Positions 26,606 through 34,732 of a stretch of 44,874 bases of DNA are shown here, piece by piece. Both the position numbers and the translations under genes were made by a program. The notes below the pieces were generated by a model. It did not search any database, was not told the DNA's origin, and saw only the letters and a list, made by a program, of their open reading frames with translations. Every line of letters starts with the position of its first letter. Position 1 is the stretch's first letter. Origin of the DNA: a virus (taxonomy: Duplodnaviria; Caudoviricetes); the IMG/VR virus record IMGVR_UViG_3300027819_000019, positions 1 to 44,874 of that record; one strand, written 5' to 3'.

Positions 26606-27219
26606 CGGCATTCCCACTGGTACGATTGGTGGTCCCGGAACATCTGGGCCGCTACGTCCGAGGCTGCGTAGGGGTCGTGTGGCGATGCGCCGGGCCAGCC
26701 GTATCGCACGCTGTTAGCTGCCCACGTCGCCGGCATGAACTGTAGCGCCCCTGCCGCCCCACTCTCGGGGTTCACGGCGCTCGGATCGAAACGGCTCTCG
26801 CACCAAGTCACTCGCAGGAGTTGCGCCACATCGACGCCGTGCCGTCGCGCAGAAGCGGCCACGATGGCACGCACGTCGATGGGTTCGGGTGTCGGCTCCG
26901 GGGTCACGACGGTCACGGGGTCGCGGTGCTCCACGCGAAGGTAGCCGCCGCGGGAGATTGGGGTGGTGCGCGCGAGCGTTTTCACGTTCGTCGGGTTGCC
27001 GACGCTCACCGCATCCCCTGCGCGCGCAGGGGATGCTCCGGCTACTTCGCTCGCGCGCACCGCGGACCCGTCGTCGGTCCCATGACCCATTCCGCTTTGT
27101 GCCGCCACTATCCCTAGGACACCGGGTACAGACGGCGCGGGAGCCACTAACGACGACGGGTCCGCGCTGGGCGCGAACATGAGCACGAGGATGGCGCACT
27201 GGATGAGGAGGCGGTTCAC
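26602..27219 (-). CDS. Secreted lytic transglycosylase (SLT/lysozyme-like fold)
   Basis: Hydrophobic N-terminus, TPEPTPEP linker, CESRFDP.A.N..SGA.G.LQF...TW. Confidence 0.85.
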   Translation of the reverse strand: MNRLLIQCAILVLMFAPSADPSSLVAPAPSVPGVLGIVAAQSGMGHGTDDGSAVRASEVAGASPARAGDAVSVGNPTNVKTLARTTPISRGGYLRVEHRDPVTVVTPEPTPEPIDVRAIVAASARRHGVDVAQLLRVTWCESRFDPSAVNPESGAAGALQFMPATWAANSVRYGWPGASPHDPYAASDVAAQMFRDHQSYQWECR

Positions 27220-27710
27220 TTCGACACCGCAGGATAGCTGGCGAGCACGTCGGCCAGGTCTGGCGGTGGGCCGCCGAAGGCGCGGTCGCGCATCACATCA
27301 AACTTGATTCCCCCCACGAAGCCCTCTAGGAACGCCGCCCACCTGTCTGGGTTCGCGGTCCAATAGGCGTGGTGTCCAGCGCATCCGGCCACGGCGTTCG
27401 CGGGATCAAAGCGTGTCGCGCCGAACCGACGACTGAGCAGGTGGCAGCACTGTAGCGGACCGACACACGGCTTCTCGGTGCGGATGCGGCACTCCCCATC
27501 CCGCGCTCGGATGAACAGCGAGAAGCGCCTGTCGGCCTCGGCCTTGGCGTGAGAACGGCATTGTCCGTACTCGGCGTCATTCCCCGCGTAGTTAGGGGCG
27601 GCCCACTTCACATCCTGCGGCTTCTTACAGCCACGCACGTCGCACCGGGGCGTGCGATACCGACGCGGGGTAGACCGTTTCCTTGGCAGTGGTTTCTTAC
27701 GAGCGAGCAA
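27216..27710 (-). CDS. NinG/Rap-like HNH recombination endonuclease
   Basis: AD..FS.FIRARD..C, LQCCH..SR....TRFD..N....C..HH. Confidence 0.8.
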   Translation of the reverse strand: MLARKKPLPRKRSTPRRYRTPRCDVRGCKKPQDVKWAAPNYAGNDAEYGQCRSHAKAEADRRFSLFIRARDGECRIRTEKPCVGPLQCCHLLSRRFGATRFDPANAVAGCAGHHAYWTANPDRWAAFLEGFVGGIKFDVMRDRAFGGPPPDLADVLASYPAVSK

Positions 27711-27752
27711 GACGGTACTTTCTTTGCCACTCGTTCATGCACAATCGGACAG

Positions 27753-27941
27753 TCATTTCATCACCGTCGTCACTCTGACACCAACGCCGAAGAAGATTAG
27801 CTCTACCCCGGCCGACCAGTTGGAGTGGCTTCCTCTTCCAATGGGGTACCCGTCGTGGTTGTGCCGCACAAAGACCCCCAGCGCTACCCACTCTCCGGTA
27901 AGCCGTGGCTTGATTCTGTAGAAGAGTCGTCGGATGGTCAT
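27753..27941 (-). CDS. Small hypothetical protein
   Basis: Coupled ORF. Confidence 0.4.
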   Translation of the reverse strand: MTIRRLFYRIKPRLTGEWVALGVFVRHNHDGYPIGRGSHSNWSAGVELIFFGVGVRVTTVMK

Positions 27942-28011
27942 GCTCGCGTTCCATCCCACGGGTGGACGTGACCGCCGGCGAACAGGTTGCGGACACAGCA
28001 GGCACAGACCC

Positions 28012-28287
28012 TCACGCGAACGACTCCGCCATCTGGACTGCCGACGGGTTCCTTCGAGCCTTGTAGATGAGGTTCTTGGGCCACGCGACCCGGAGGACCT
28101 TGCCGATCTGTGGGCATGTGGCGTTCGGTTCCTTCCTCAGCATGACGAGTGCGGCGGCGTAGCGAGCCTCGGTCGCCTCTTGTGTGCGGCACCCGACGTA
28201 GTAGAACTCCTGCTCGGAGACGCCATAGTAGCTCCTGACCGTCTCGGCGACAGCCTTCAGGCGTTCGGTCACCGGGCGTTCGTTCAT
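28012..28287 (-). CDS. DnaA domain IV-like helix-turn-helix protein
   Basis: V..YYGVS........RT.E..EAR..A..........PQIG pattern. Confidence 0.6.
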   Translation of the reverse strand: MNERPVTERLKAVAETVRSYYGVSEQEFYYVGCRTQEATEARYAAALVMLRKEPNATCPQIGKVLRVAWPKNLIYKARRNPSAVQMAESFA

Positions 28288-28757
28288 CGTGTGACCTGCC
28301 ACAGCGTCATTCTTAGCCCCTTCTTGTTCGGCCGAGTCTTGACTTCGGGATTGGCTACGGGGTGCCACGGCTTCCTGTTCGCTGAGACACGCTCGGCGCG
28401 CTGCTGCCGGTCGAGCTCCACGAGCCGTGGACGGACCGTGGAGGAGTCAAGTCCGGTCGCCTCGCATATCTCCTCAGTCGTCAGTCCGTCCGTAGCGCCC
28501 TTGAGTGCCATCCAGACCATCGTCTGCGTCCGACCGCGAGTCTCCTCGGCATGGATGGCGGCATCCTTCGACGGCTGGCTGCTCTCGATGGCAAGTGCGG
28601 GCTTTTGCTTCTTCTCACTCTCCTCGGCCACCTCAACGAGGGTCGCAAAGAAGTCTGGCCGAGGCGTGAATGACACAGCCCCGCACTTCCATCGAGAGCA
28701 CTTCCGCCCACCTCCAAGGGCAGGGACAGAGAAGTCGTGGACGTGAAGGTGGGCCAT
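28284..28757 (-). CDS. Winged-HTH DNA-binding protein
   Basis: S.DAA, GLTTEEICEATGL..STVRPRLVEL. Confidence 0.7.
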   Translation of the reverse strand: MAHLHVHDFSVPALGGGRKCSRWKCGAVSFTPRPDFFATLVEVAEESEKKQKPALAIESSQPSKDAAIHAEETRGRTQTMVWMALKGATDGLTTEEICEATGLDSSTVRPRLVELDRQQRAERVSANRKPWHPVANPEVKTRPNKKGLRMTLWQVTR

Positions 28758-28987
28758 CAGGGGTCGATTCCCGATTCTTCTGCCTCGCGCAAGAGGACTG
28801 CCCTGGCGGTCTTGACGGCACGACTACGCGACCTGGGGGTCTTGGCGACGACGATGTCGCGGAGCGCCTTCCGAAGATAGTCGTGTCCGCCCACTTCGTC
28901 GCAGAAGTTTCGGATTCCTCTCTCAATGCGAGAGATGTTTCCGCCCACGCGGCCCAATCCATCTACGGCGTATTGGAGATCACTCAC
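28757..28987 (-). CDS. Hypothetical protein
   Basis: GTG 2 nt after the SSB stop; TGATG coupling downstream. Confidence 0.5.
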   Translation of the reverse strand: MSDLQYAVDGLGRVGGNISRIERGIRNFCDEVGGHDYLRKALRDIVVAKTPRSRSRAVKTARAVLLREAEESGIDP

Positions 28988-28989
28988 AA

Positions 28990-29505
28990 CTATGCCGGGA
29001 TGTCGTCCGGGTCGAAGCCGGGAACGTGGGCCGACTTCTCCGCTGGGGTCCCGCCGCCCTTCTCGTAGATGGCAGCCTGGACCTCGCGGAGCGGCTTGGC
29101 CTCGGCGACGGCCTTCTCCTCGTCGGGGGTGAGCGGCACATGCTTGGGCGATGGGGTGAGCGTGTACTCGGCCTCCTTGGTGCCGGCCCCGCGAGCGACG
29201 ATGGTCACGTCGTACGGGAGCGGCACGCCGTCGAAGCCCCAGTCGTCCGACCGCTGGAGGTCCGCCACCATCTTCGAGATGGAGTGCGGCATGAAGAACG
29301 GCTTGAGCGCCCCGTCCGCGCGGTCGATGACGTAGAGGAGCCACTTGAAGGTCCTGCGGCCTTGGTACTCGCCGGGATGCGGGAGCGCCTCCGAGACGAG
29401 GCGCATCCGGTTCGGTCCCTCTTTCAGTTTGAGGTAGCCGCCGCCGACGAGGTGCCCGTCCTTCTCTGCCTGCTTGTGCGCTGCGCCAAAATCGAACTTA
29501 CCCAT
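28990..29505 (-). CDS. Single-stranded DNA-binding protein (gp32-like OB fold)
   Basis: YLKLKEG.NRMR, YDVTI...GAG...EY...P, acidic C-terminal FDPDDIPA; AAGGAGG SD. Confidence 0.7.
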   Translation of the reverse strand: MGKFDFGAAHKQAEKDGHLVGGGYLKLKEGPNRMRLVSEALPHPGEYQGRRTFKWLLYVIDRADGALKPFFMPHSISKMVADLQRSDDWGFDGVPLPYDVTIVARGAGTKEAEYTLTPSPKHVPLTPDEEKAVAEAKPLREVQAAIYEKGGGTPAEKSAHVPGFDPDDIPA

Positions 29506-30013
29506 GCTTCTCCTCTTTCTTTCTCAGGTGCATTGGACCATTGGACCAGACCGCGAAGTCGTCACGAACAGCGCGCACGTCCTCATCACGATCAGCCAAC
29601 TCGTTGAGGCGGGTGAAGAGGACTTCTTGTTTCTGCCGGAAGATAGCATTCATGTCCGCGCTCGTGATGATGGGGCATCCGATGAGTGCCTCGTAGAGCC
29701 CGCGGACATCTTTCACCACCCGCTTGTGGGTTCCGTCGAACTCGTAGACGGTGCCGTCGGGTGCGGTCCACTCGCGCAGTCCATCGGCGGTCGCCCGCGC
29801 TTCGAGGGTGGCGCGGAGCCTTCCGATCACGCCATCGAAGTCGGTCAGCATGTGGAGCGACGGCGCTACTTGCTCGGCGGGCATGGTGACGATGCGCTCC
29901 ATGAGAGCCCGCTCGGCGTCATGGAGGTCCATGTAGGCCATGGCGAGTGAGCGGTCCAGCGGGTCCTCGATGGCCGAGAGGGCAATCTCGGTGTCGTTCG
30001 GGCGGTTACTCAC
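29498..30013 (-). CDS. Hypothetical protein (may extend to ATG 30121)
   Basis: Good coding bias from GTG 30013; overlaps the SSB start. Confidence 0.55.
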   Translation of the reverse strand: MSNRPNDTEIALSAIEDPLDRSLAMAYMDLHDAERALMERIVTMPAEQVAPSLHMLTDFDGVIGRLRATLEARATADGLREWTAPDGTVYEFDGTHKRVVKDVRGLYEALIGCPIITSADMNAIFRQKQEVLFTRLNELADRDEDVRAVRDDFAVWSNGPMHLRKKEEKHG

Positions 30014-30117
30014 TTCCCCCCCTCGGCGCGAAGTGGGCTGGCATTGATTAGGAGAGCACGCGCAGAACGCACCGTGCCCAACGAGGCGGGTCGGCTGCCT
30101 CGGCTGCTCTGATTGGG

Positions 30118-30273
30118 TCATAGGTAGGTTCCGTAGACCGTGAATCGCACGACCCTTCCGCACGATGGGCAGGTGTGCTCGTAGGTTCCCGGGCTCCGAA
30201 CGACCATCGTCGCTGGATCGTGCTCTGGACTGAGGCACGGTCGCGGCTCGTCGGCGATTTTCACTGTGCTCAT
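30118..30273 (-). CDS. 51-aa zinc-ribbon-like protein
   Basis: C....H.P........HTCPSCG; ATGA overlaps on both sides. Confidence 0.55.
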   Translation of the reverse strand: MSTVKIADEPRPCLSPEHDPATMVVRSPGTYEHTCPSCGRVVRFTVYGTYL

Positions 30274-30304
30274 GGTTGCCCATCCTCGACAAGTTCGCGT
30301 GGTG

Positions 30305-30502
30305 TCATCCCCACAGCCATCCTCCTACCACCACGATGAGCGCGCCGAGCGCGACGAAGAAGAGCGCGGTCGGCCACCGATCCCGCCCGACGAGCCGCAA
30401 CGGGATGAACACGCACGGCCCGCACTCAGAGCACTCCGAGAAGGCTCGGCGGTTGACCGCGTGGGTCGTGGACATGTGGCCGCAGCGAGCGCAGCCGGTC
30501 AT
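30305..30502 (-). CDS. Cys-rich protein with C-terminal TM helix
   Basis: CARCGH...H...CSECGPC then ALFFVALGALIVVVGGWLW. Confidence 0.55.
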   Translation of the reverse strand: MTGCARCGHMSTTHAVNRRAFSECSECGPCVFIPLRLVGRDRWPTALFFVALGALIVVVGGWLWG

Positions 30503-30846
30503 CGCTGGTCCCCTTCTCGCTGTCGCTCGATCAACTCCTCGATGTGGTCGGCCAACGCAGAATCGAACGGTTCGCATTTGCCCAAAACATCGATGAGCAA
30601 GGAGATATAGCGCGACCGAAGCATTTGCTTCGCCGCCCGATCTATCTCGTTCATCGGTCGCCTTGCCGCCCCCTCTTCGGTTGCGACTGTCCGTAGGGCG
30701 GCGGCGAGGTCGCGAATGAGGTCACATGATTCTTCGTCTGGGCCCTGGAACACAACGCTTCCGTATGGGTCCCCAAAGTACCTTGCTAGGGTATTTGCCG
30801 CTCTCTCCAGCAGTCCCTCGACATCGGGGCGAGTGTCAGCGGTCAT
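30499..30846 (-). CDS. Hypothetical protein
   Basis: GAGGAG SD, ATGA overlaps. Confidence 0.55.
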   Translation of the reverse strand: MTADTRPDVEGLLERAANTLARYFGDPYGSVVFQGPDEESCDLIRDLAAALRTVATEEGAARRPMNEIDRAAKQMLRSRYISLLIDVLGKCEPFDSALADHIEELIERQREGDQR

Positions 30847-31034
30847 CGGACCTGCTCCTCGTGGCACAGGCACGGCCCCAGGTTGAACGTCGTCGGGATA
30901 CCGCAGCCCTTGGCGGTGTGCACTTTGTGGCCGCAGCCTTCACAGCCCCTCCGGACGTACGCCGGGAAGAGCGGCGAGTCATGGGCGGCGATGCGCTCGG
31001 CATCCTCGGGGTGGGTGGTGCTCCACTGCGTCAT
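30843..31034 (-). CDS. Cys/His-rich small protein
   Basis: CEGCGH..H...C.......C.C; ATGA overlaps. Confidence 0.55.
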   Translation of the reverse strand: MTQWSTTHPEDAERIAAHDSPLFPAYVRRGCEGCGHKVHTAKGCGIPTTFNLGPCLCHEEQVR

Positions 31035-31159
31035 GATTCCCACGATTCCCTCTTCGCACGCCTCCACAGCCTGAGACGACAGACCGGGGAGCAGAACCGC
31101 TGCCACGCGCGGGTCGGCTGGTAGGACGCTAGGCAGTTGTCGCACTTGCGCTTCTTCAT
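31031..31159 (-). CDS. 42-aa basic zinc-finger-like protein, first gene after a leftward promoter
   Basis: MKKRKCDNC......QRFCSPVCR; below the ORF-track cutoff. Confidence 0.6.
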   Translation of the reverse strand: MKKRKCDNCLASYQPTRAWQRFCSPVCRLRLWRRAKRESWES

Positions 31160-31167
31160 AGAAACGC

Positions 31168-31196
31168 AGTGAATCACAGACATAACGCGTTGTCAA
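31168..31196 (-). promoter_or_regulatory. Leftward sigma70-type promoter, near-leaderless
   Basis: TTGACA-N17-TTCACT with upstream TG; ATG 8 nt after the -10. Confidence 0.55.
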
Positions 31197-31545
31197 GGGG
31201 GTGTGATATGCTCTGGGAGGAGAAACGCCCGCCACTTTCATGACGAGCGTTTCGTCCGCACCCGTCTACCCACGGATCGGATTCATAAGCATTCTAGCAG
31301 GGCCGGGCCTGCGTACCAAAGCCCGCCGCTGATAACGGGTGGTCAGCCGACTGTCGCAACAGGGATGTAGTTACGCCGTTGGTCCTGATCGGGCCAAGTA
31401 CGGCGGCACGACGAGCTGAAACTAGGCTCACGGTCGAGCATCATGGGCCGGCACCTGCGACCGTACAGCGCCGCAGCCCCCACCGCAGTTTCGGGGCTTT
31501 CGTATGTTTTCGATAGGCGTACTTTGCCCTTCCGCATCTAGGGAC

Positions 31546-31749
31546 CTAGCCCCTCGCATCCCGCCCCAGCCTTGCCCGGACCGACTCCATGAGAATGCCC
31601 ATCGCGTAGCCAGAAACGACCCCATCATCGATCGGCAGCCCGTCGGCGTCTAGGCGTGGATTCAGATACCGAGACAGCCCGCTAATGCTTTCGATTTCTC
31701 TGCTCAGGCGCTCCAGTTCTTTCAGCAGGTCATCCTGAGACATTGGCAT
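31546..31749 (-). CDS. Hypothetical protein
   Basis: Helical ORF overlapping the upstream gene. Confidence 0.45.
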   Translation of the reverse strand: MPMSQDDLLKELERLSREIESISGLSRYLNPRLDADGLPIDDGVVSGYAMGILMESVRARLGRDARG

Positions 31750-32086
31750 CCCGCTCCAACCGTTCAGCCATCCACCTGTACGCATCCGATCGGCTCAGGC
31801 GTGCGATGGTGAGCGAGGCGCCGATGGGACCGGGGTCGTTCTCGATGTCCTTGGCGAGCGCGCGCAGCTCGGCAGCGTGAGCGAGGACGACCGCTCCGAG
31901 TCGTTCCGACGCTGGGTGGATGTGTACGTCATGGTCGTCCCGACGATGCCCGATACCCCCGCAGTGGTCGCAGGTGGGCGGGATGTAGGTCTGCGTCACC
32001 TGTCGCTCGCCCTTGCCCGGAGTGCCCTGAACAGCCCCACCGCCGCCCCGGTTCGGGAACACCTGATTGCGGTTGCGCGCGCTCAC
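31730..32086 (-). CDS. Hypothetical protein with CDHC motif
   Basis: GTGA overlap at 32083-32086; alternative start 31999. Confidence 0.5.
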   Translation of the reverse strand: MSARNRNQVFPNRGGGGAVQGTPGKGERQVTQTYIPPTCDHCGGIGHRRDDHDVHIHPASERLGAVVLAHAAELRALAKDIENDPGPIGASLTIARLSRSDAYRWMAERLERDANVSG

Positions 32087-32292
32087 TCGTATCTCCTCTC
32101 GCGCTGTTCCTCGTACTTGCGATCCGCAGCCTCGTCGCGGCGCATCTCGTCCTCGTGGGTGTAGTCGATGGGGTCGCTTGGACCGCACTCCTCATCGTGG
32201 TCGCTCATGTCCCTCCCGCACTGGTGGCACACCTCCTCGGCCTCGTAGGGGGCTTCCAGCCAAGTGTCGTACCGGGCGAACGGGTCAGCCAC
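32083..32292 (-). CDS. Acidic small protein
   Basis: YDTWLEAP, CHQC; coupled. Confidence 0.55.
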   Translation of the reverse strand: MADPFARYDTWLEAPYEAEEVCHQCGRDMSDHDEECGPSDPIDYTHEDEMRRDEAADRKYEEQRERRYE

Positions 32293-32479
32293 GGTGCGCC
32301 TTGTGGCTCGCCCGATGGGCCATCGCCGCAGTGGTGATAGCCACGCGCCGGGGGTCGTCTTGGGGCGAGCTGAGGTCGTAGATACCGAATGCCGGCGCCC
32401 CACACCAGCAGCGCCAGACGACGGGGTAGGTCAAGACTGCGGATTGCTCGGACTTGGGGATTGGCATGTACTGTGTCAC
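32285..32479 (-). CDS. Small hypothetical protein
   Basis: Coupled ORF, CWCG. Confidence 0.4.
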   Translation of the reverse strand: MTQYMPIPKSEQSAVLTYPVVWRCWCGAPAFGIYDLSSPQDDPRRVAITTAAMAHRASHKAHRG

Positions 32480-32482
32480 CGG

Positions 32483-32827
32483 TCAAACGCCTTGTCGTCG
32501 TTGATGGTGCATCCCTCGCGCATGTTGCGGAGCGTCTCGAAATGCCCACCAGCGGAGGTATGTTCTTGTTCCCCCTCCGGTCGTGCCAATCAGAAGGGAT
32601 GCGCGATTGGGGCAGCGATGAGTTGCCCGCCACCACCACGGCATGTTCATCCAATCGCGCATCCTTCCTGCAATACTTGGCTTCCCGACAGGAAATGGAC
32701 CCGCCGCCACATCAACATTGATTCCGTAGGCATCGGGCGTGCGAACGGTTTGTGAATCGCAGACATACCAACCTCCTACGGGATTGCCGCTCTTGTCGTG
32801 GTGGTCGGGCGCGATCTCATAACGCAT
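32483..32827 (-). CDS. Hypothetical Trp-rich protein
   Basis: GGGAG SD before ATG 32827. Confidence 0.45.
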   Translation of the reverse strand: MRYEIAPDHHDKSGNPVGGWYVCDSQTVRTPDAYGINVDVAAGPFPVGKPSIAGRMRDWMNMPWWWRATHRCPNRASLLIGTTGGGTRTYLRWWAFRDAPQHARGMHHQRRQGV

Positions 32828-33164
32828 GGACGGCTCCCTCGACCTCGGCAAGGAGTTTGATCGCTCGCTCGCGATCAACTGACGCATTGTGGCCGGCCAC
32901 GCCGTACAGCAAGTCACGCACAGCCTGGGCAAGCTCTGGTGCCTTGACGATAAGACGAGCGTTGGCTTCCTCAAACCGCTCTGGGATTGAGCCCTCTAGC
33001 CCGACTGCGGCAACGCGGCATCCGCGACCATCAGTGACAATCCACAAATTGCCACCCCATCCGACTACCCACGGCCCTGGTGTGTACTTCTGCTCGGTAT
33101 CTTTTCCTAGATCCCTGATCTCCCACGGCCCCGGCGTGTACGCGGTGCGCTTTTGATAACTCAT
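32817..33164 (-). CDS. TPGPW-motif phage protein with duplicated motif
   Basis: YTPGPW twice and EANARLI.KAPEL. Confidence 0.7.
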   Translation of the reverse strand: MSYQKRTAYTPGPWEIRDLGKDTEQKYTPGPWVVGWGGNLWIVTDGRGCRVAAVGLEGSIPERFEEANARLIVKAPELAQAVRDLLYGVAGHNASVDRERAIKLLAEVEGAVHAL

Positions 33165-33188
33165 TCTCTTGCCCTTCTGGATGAGCCT

Positions 33189-33384
33189 CATCAAGCCTCT
33201 TTCGGGAGGAATGGAGCGGTTACGTAGTCGCTCCATTCGACCCCTGCCCCTTTTAGGGGCCTCGCATGGCACACCTCCCGAAAGAGGCTTGATGTTCCAG
33301 CCCTCCGCTCACCCTCGGTACGGCCTCTAGATGGCCTTTTCTGTAGAGGCAAGGCTACAGCCGAAGGTGAGCGCAGGACTGGAA
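33189..33384 (-). ncRNA. Two adjacent long stem-loops (structured leader or RNA element)
   Basis: 21-bp perfect inverted repeat 33189-33209/33274-33294 with two inner hairpins; second 24-bp stem 33295-33318/33361-33384 whose mismatches are mostly G-U on the minus strand. Confidence 0.55.
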
Positions 33385-33400
33385 ATCCTGCCGCTTGTGG

Positions 33401-33844
33401 TCAGACCATAAACGACTCGGGGGACTGCTCGCGCATCGAGTGAAAGCGCCCAGCCTCTCCGACGATGATGTGATCCACGACGCGGATGCCGAGAAGTTTC
33501 CCGGCCGCCGCAGCCTCGCGGGTGGTCCTCAGGTCGTCCGCGCTCGGCGCGGGGTCGCCCGACGGGTGATTGTGCGCGAGGAGGATGCCATCGGCGCACT
33601 GACGGACCGCGAGCGTGAACAACTCCGCGATGCGGACCGGCGAGCCGCTCACCGTGCCGATGTAGAGCGTCTCACGGCCCACGGCGCGATTCTTGCGGTT
33701 GAGGAGCACGACGATCAAGTGTTCGCGCTCCTCGTCGGCCAGGTCGCGCACCGCCGCGTACGCGCTAGCGGGGGTGTCGCAGACGGTCGCGGGAGTGTCG
33801 CTGATGCGCCGTCTGGTCGTGGTGTACTCGTACAGCGCGCTCAT
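33401..33844 (-). CDS. radC: RadC-family JAB domain protein
   Basis: EREH..V.LLN.KN, LYIGT, AHNHPSGDP.PS.DD, G.LLGI.VVDHII. Confidence 0.92.
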   Translation of the reverse strand: MSALYEYTTTRRRISDTPATVCDTPASAYAAVRDLADEEREHLIVVLLNRKNRAVGRETLYIGTVSGSPVRIAELFTLAVRQCADGILLAHNHPSGDPAPSADDLRTTREAAAAGKLLGIRVVDHIIVGEAGRFHSMREQSPESFMV

Positions 33845-33936
33845 CCTTGCCATCCTTCCCGCCCCCTCGACTCTTTGCCTGTTCGAGGGAGCGCCGGACC
33901 GTGGGAACCTCGGGGTTCTCCGGTCCGGATGGGTGT

Positions 33937-34188
33937 CTAGGCGGTCCTCATCGGAAGGTCGAACCGTGCTCCGCGCATTGTCAGGTATCGACGGGCGAAG
34001 GTCATGGGCTTCGTCCGGCCGCTTCCGACGAACATGCGCGCGATGGTCGGCGCATCCTCTAGGGATGGTACGCGGGTCACTTCGAGCCAGGACCTACCGT
34101 CCAGAGAGACCATGATGTGCTCGCCCTCGACGCACGGCGAATGTCCGGGCTCGCACGGCATGATCGCGACGTGCAGTGTGCTCGCCAT
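33937..34188 (-). CDS. Small early hypothetical protein
   Basis: Shared GGCAAG leader and upstream hairpin. Confidence 0.55.
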   Translation of the reverse strand: MASTLHVAIMPCEPGHSPCVEGEHIMVSLDGRSWLEVTRVPSLEDAPTIARMFVGSGRTKPMTFARRYLTMRGARFDLPMRTA

Positions 34189-34275
34189 TCCTTGCCACCT
34201 TCTCGACTGCCGGAAATATTGCCGTCCGGCGGTCGCCTGACCCCACCCAAGTAGTGGGAAGGTCAGGAATGGGGC

Positions 34276-34566
34276 TTAGGAAGCGCGCTCCAGGCCATCG
34301 TGCCCGCATCCCACCTGCCCGCATGAGCCGCAGTAGTCCGCGCGGTCTAGAGCCGTCACGTCGTCCGGCGAGAATGTGAAGTACCTGTCATTCCCGACCA
34401 TGACTGCCACGACATCGCCGGTCCGCCCCTCGATGCCGCTCCATTCCGTGTCCGCGTCCGGCGCAATCTCCCACCCCATGACGTTCCAAGCGATACCGCG
34501 ATAGCCTGAAACGGTGTAGGCGTCGGCCGGGAAAGCCTTGTCATCGCTCTCGTAGTGCTGCCTCAT
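34276..34566 (-). CDS. Small acidic early protein with C-terminal CxxCxxxxC
   Basis: AGGAG SD and shared GGCAAG leader. Confidence 0.65.
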   Translation of the reverse strand: MRQHYESDDKAFPADAYTVSGYRGIAWNVMGWEIAPDADTEWSGIEGRTGDVVAVMVGNDRYFTFSPDDVTALDRADYCGSCGQVGCGHDGLERAS

Positions 34567-34702
34567 CTTGCCATCTCCTAATCCCGTGAGTCTTGCCGCT
34601 CATCGGTAACACCGAGAGTGTCCACCCGCAGGAAAAAACTCGCCATACGAAAATAGTCCTAGGACCCACTCTGAACGGATAGCGGACACCCTGAGTACCA
34701 AG

Positions 34703-34730
34703 ACGCTACAGATGTCTCATAATGAGACAA
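34703..34730. promoter_or_regulatory. Divergent promoter region with palindrome TGTCTCAT-A-ATGAGACA
   Basis: Palindrome 34713-34729 covers + strand CATAAT (34718-34723) and the spacer of a minus-strand TTGTCT-N16-TAGCGT. Confidence 0.5.
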
Positions 34731-34732
34731 GT

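Noticed and set aside
33181-33300. Hammerhead ribozyme or integron attC site
   Set aside because: The TGATGA and GAAA words lie in or against a perfect stem in the wrong arrangement; no attC core boxes or integrase
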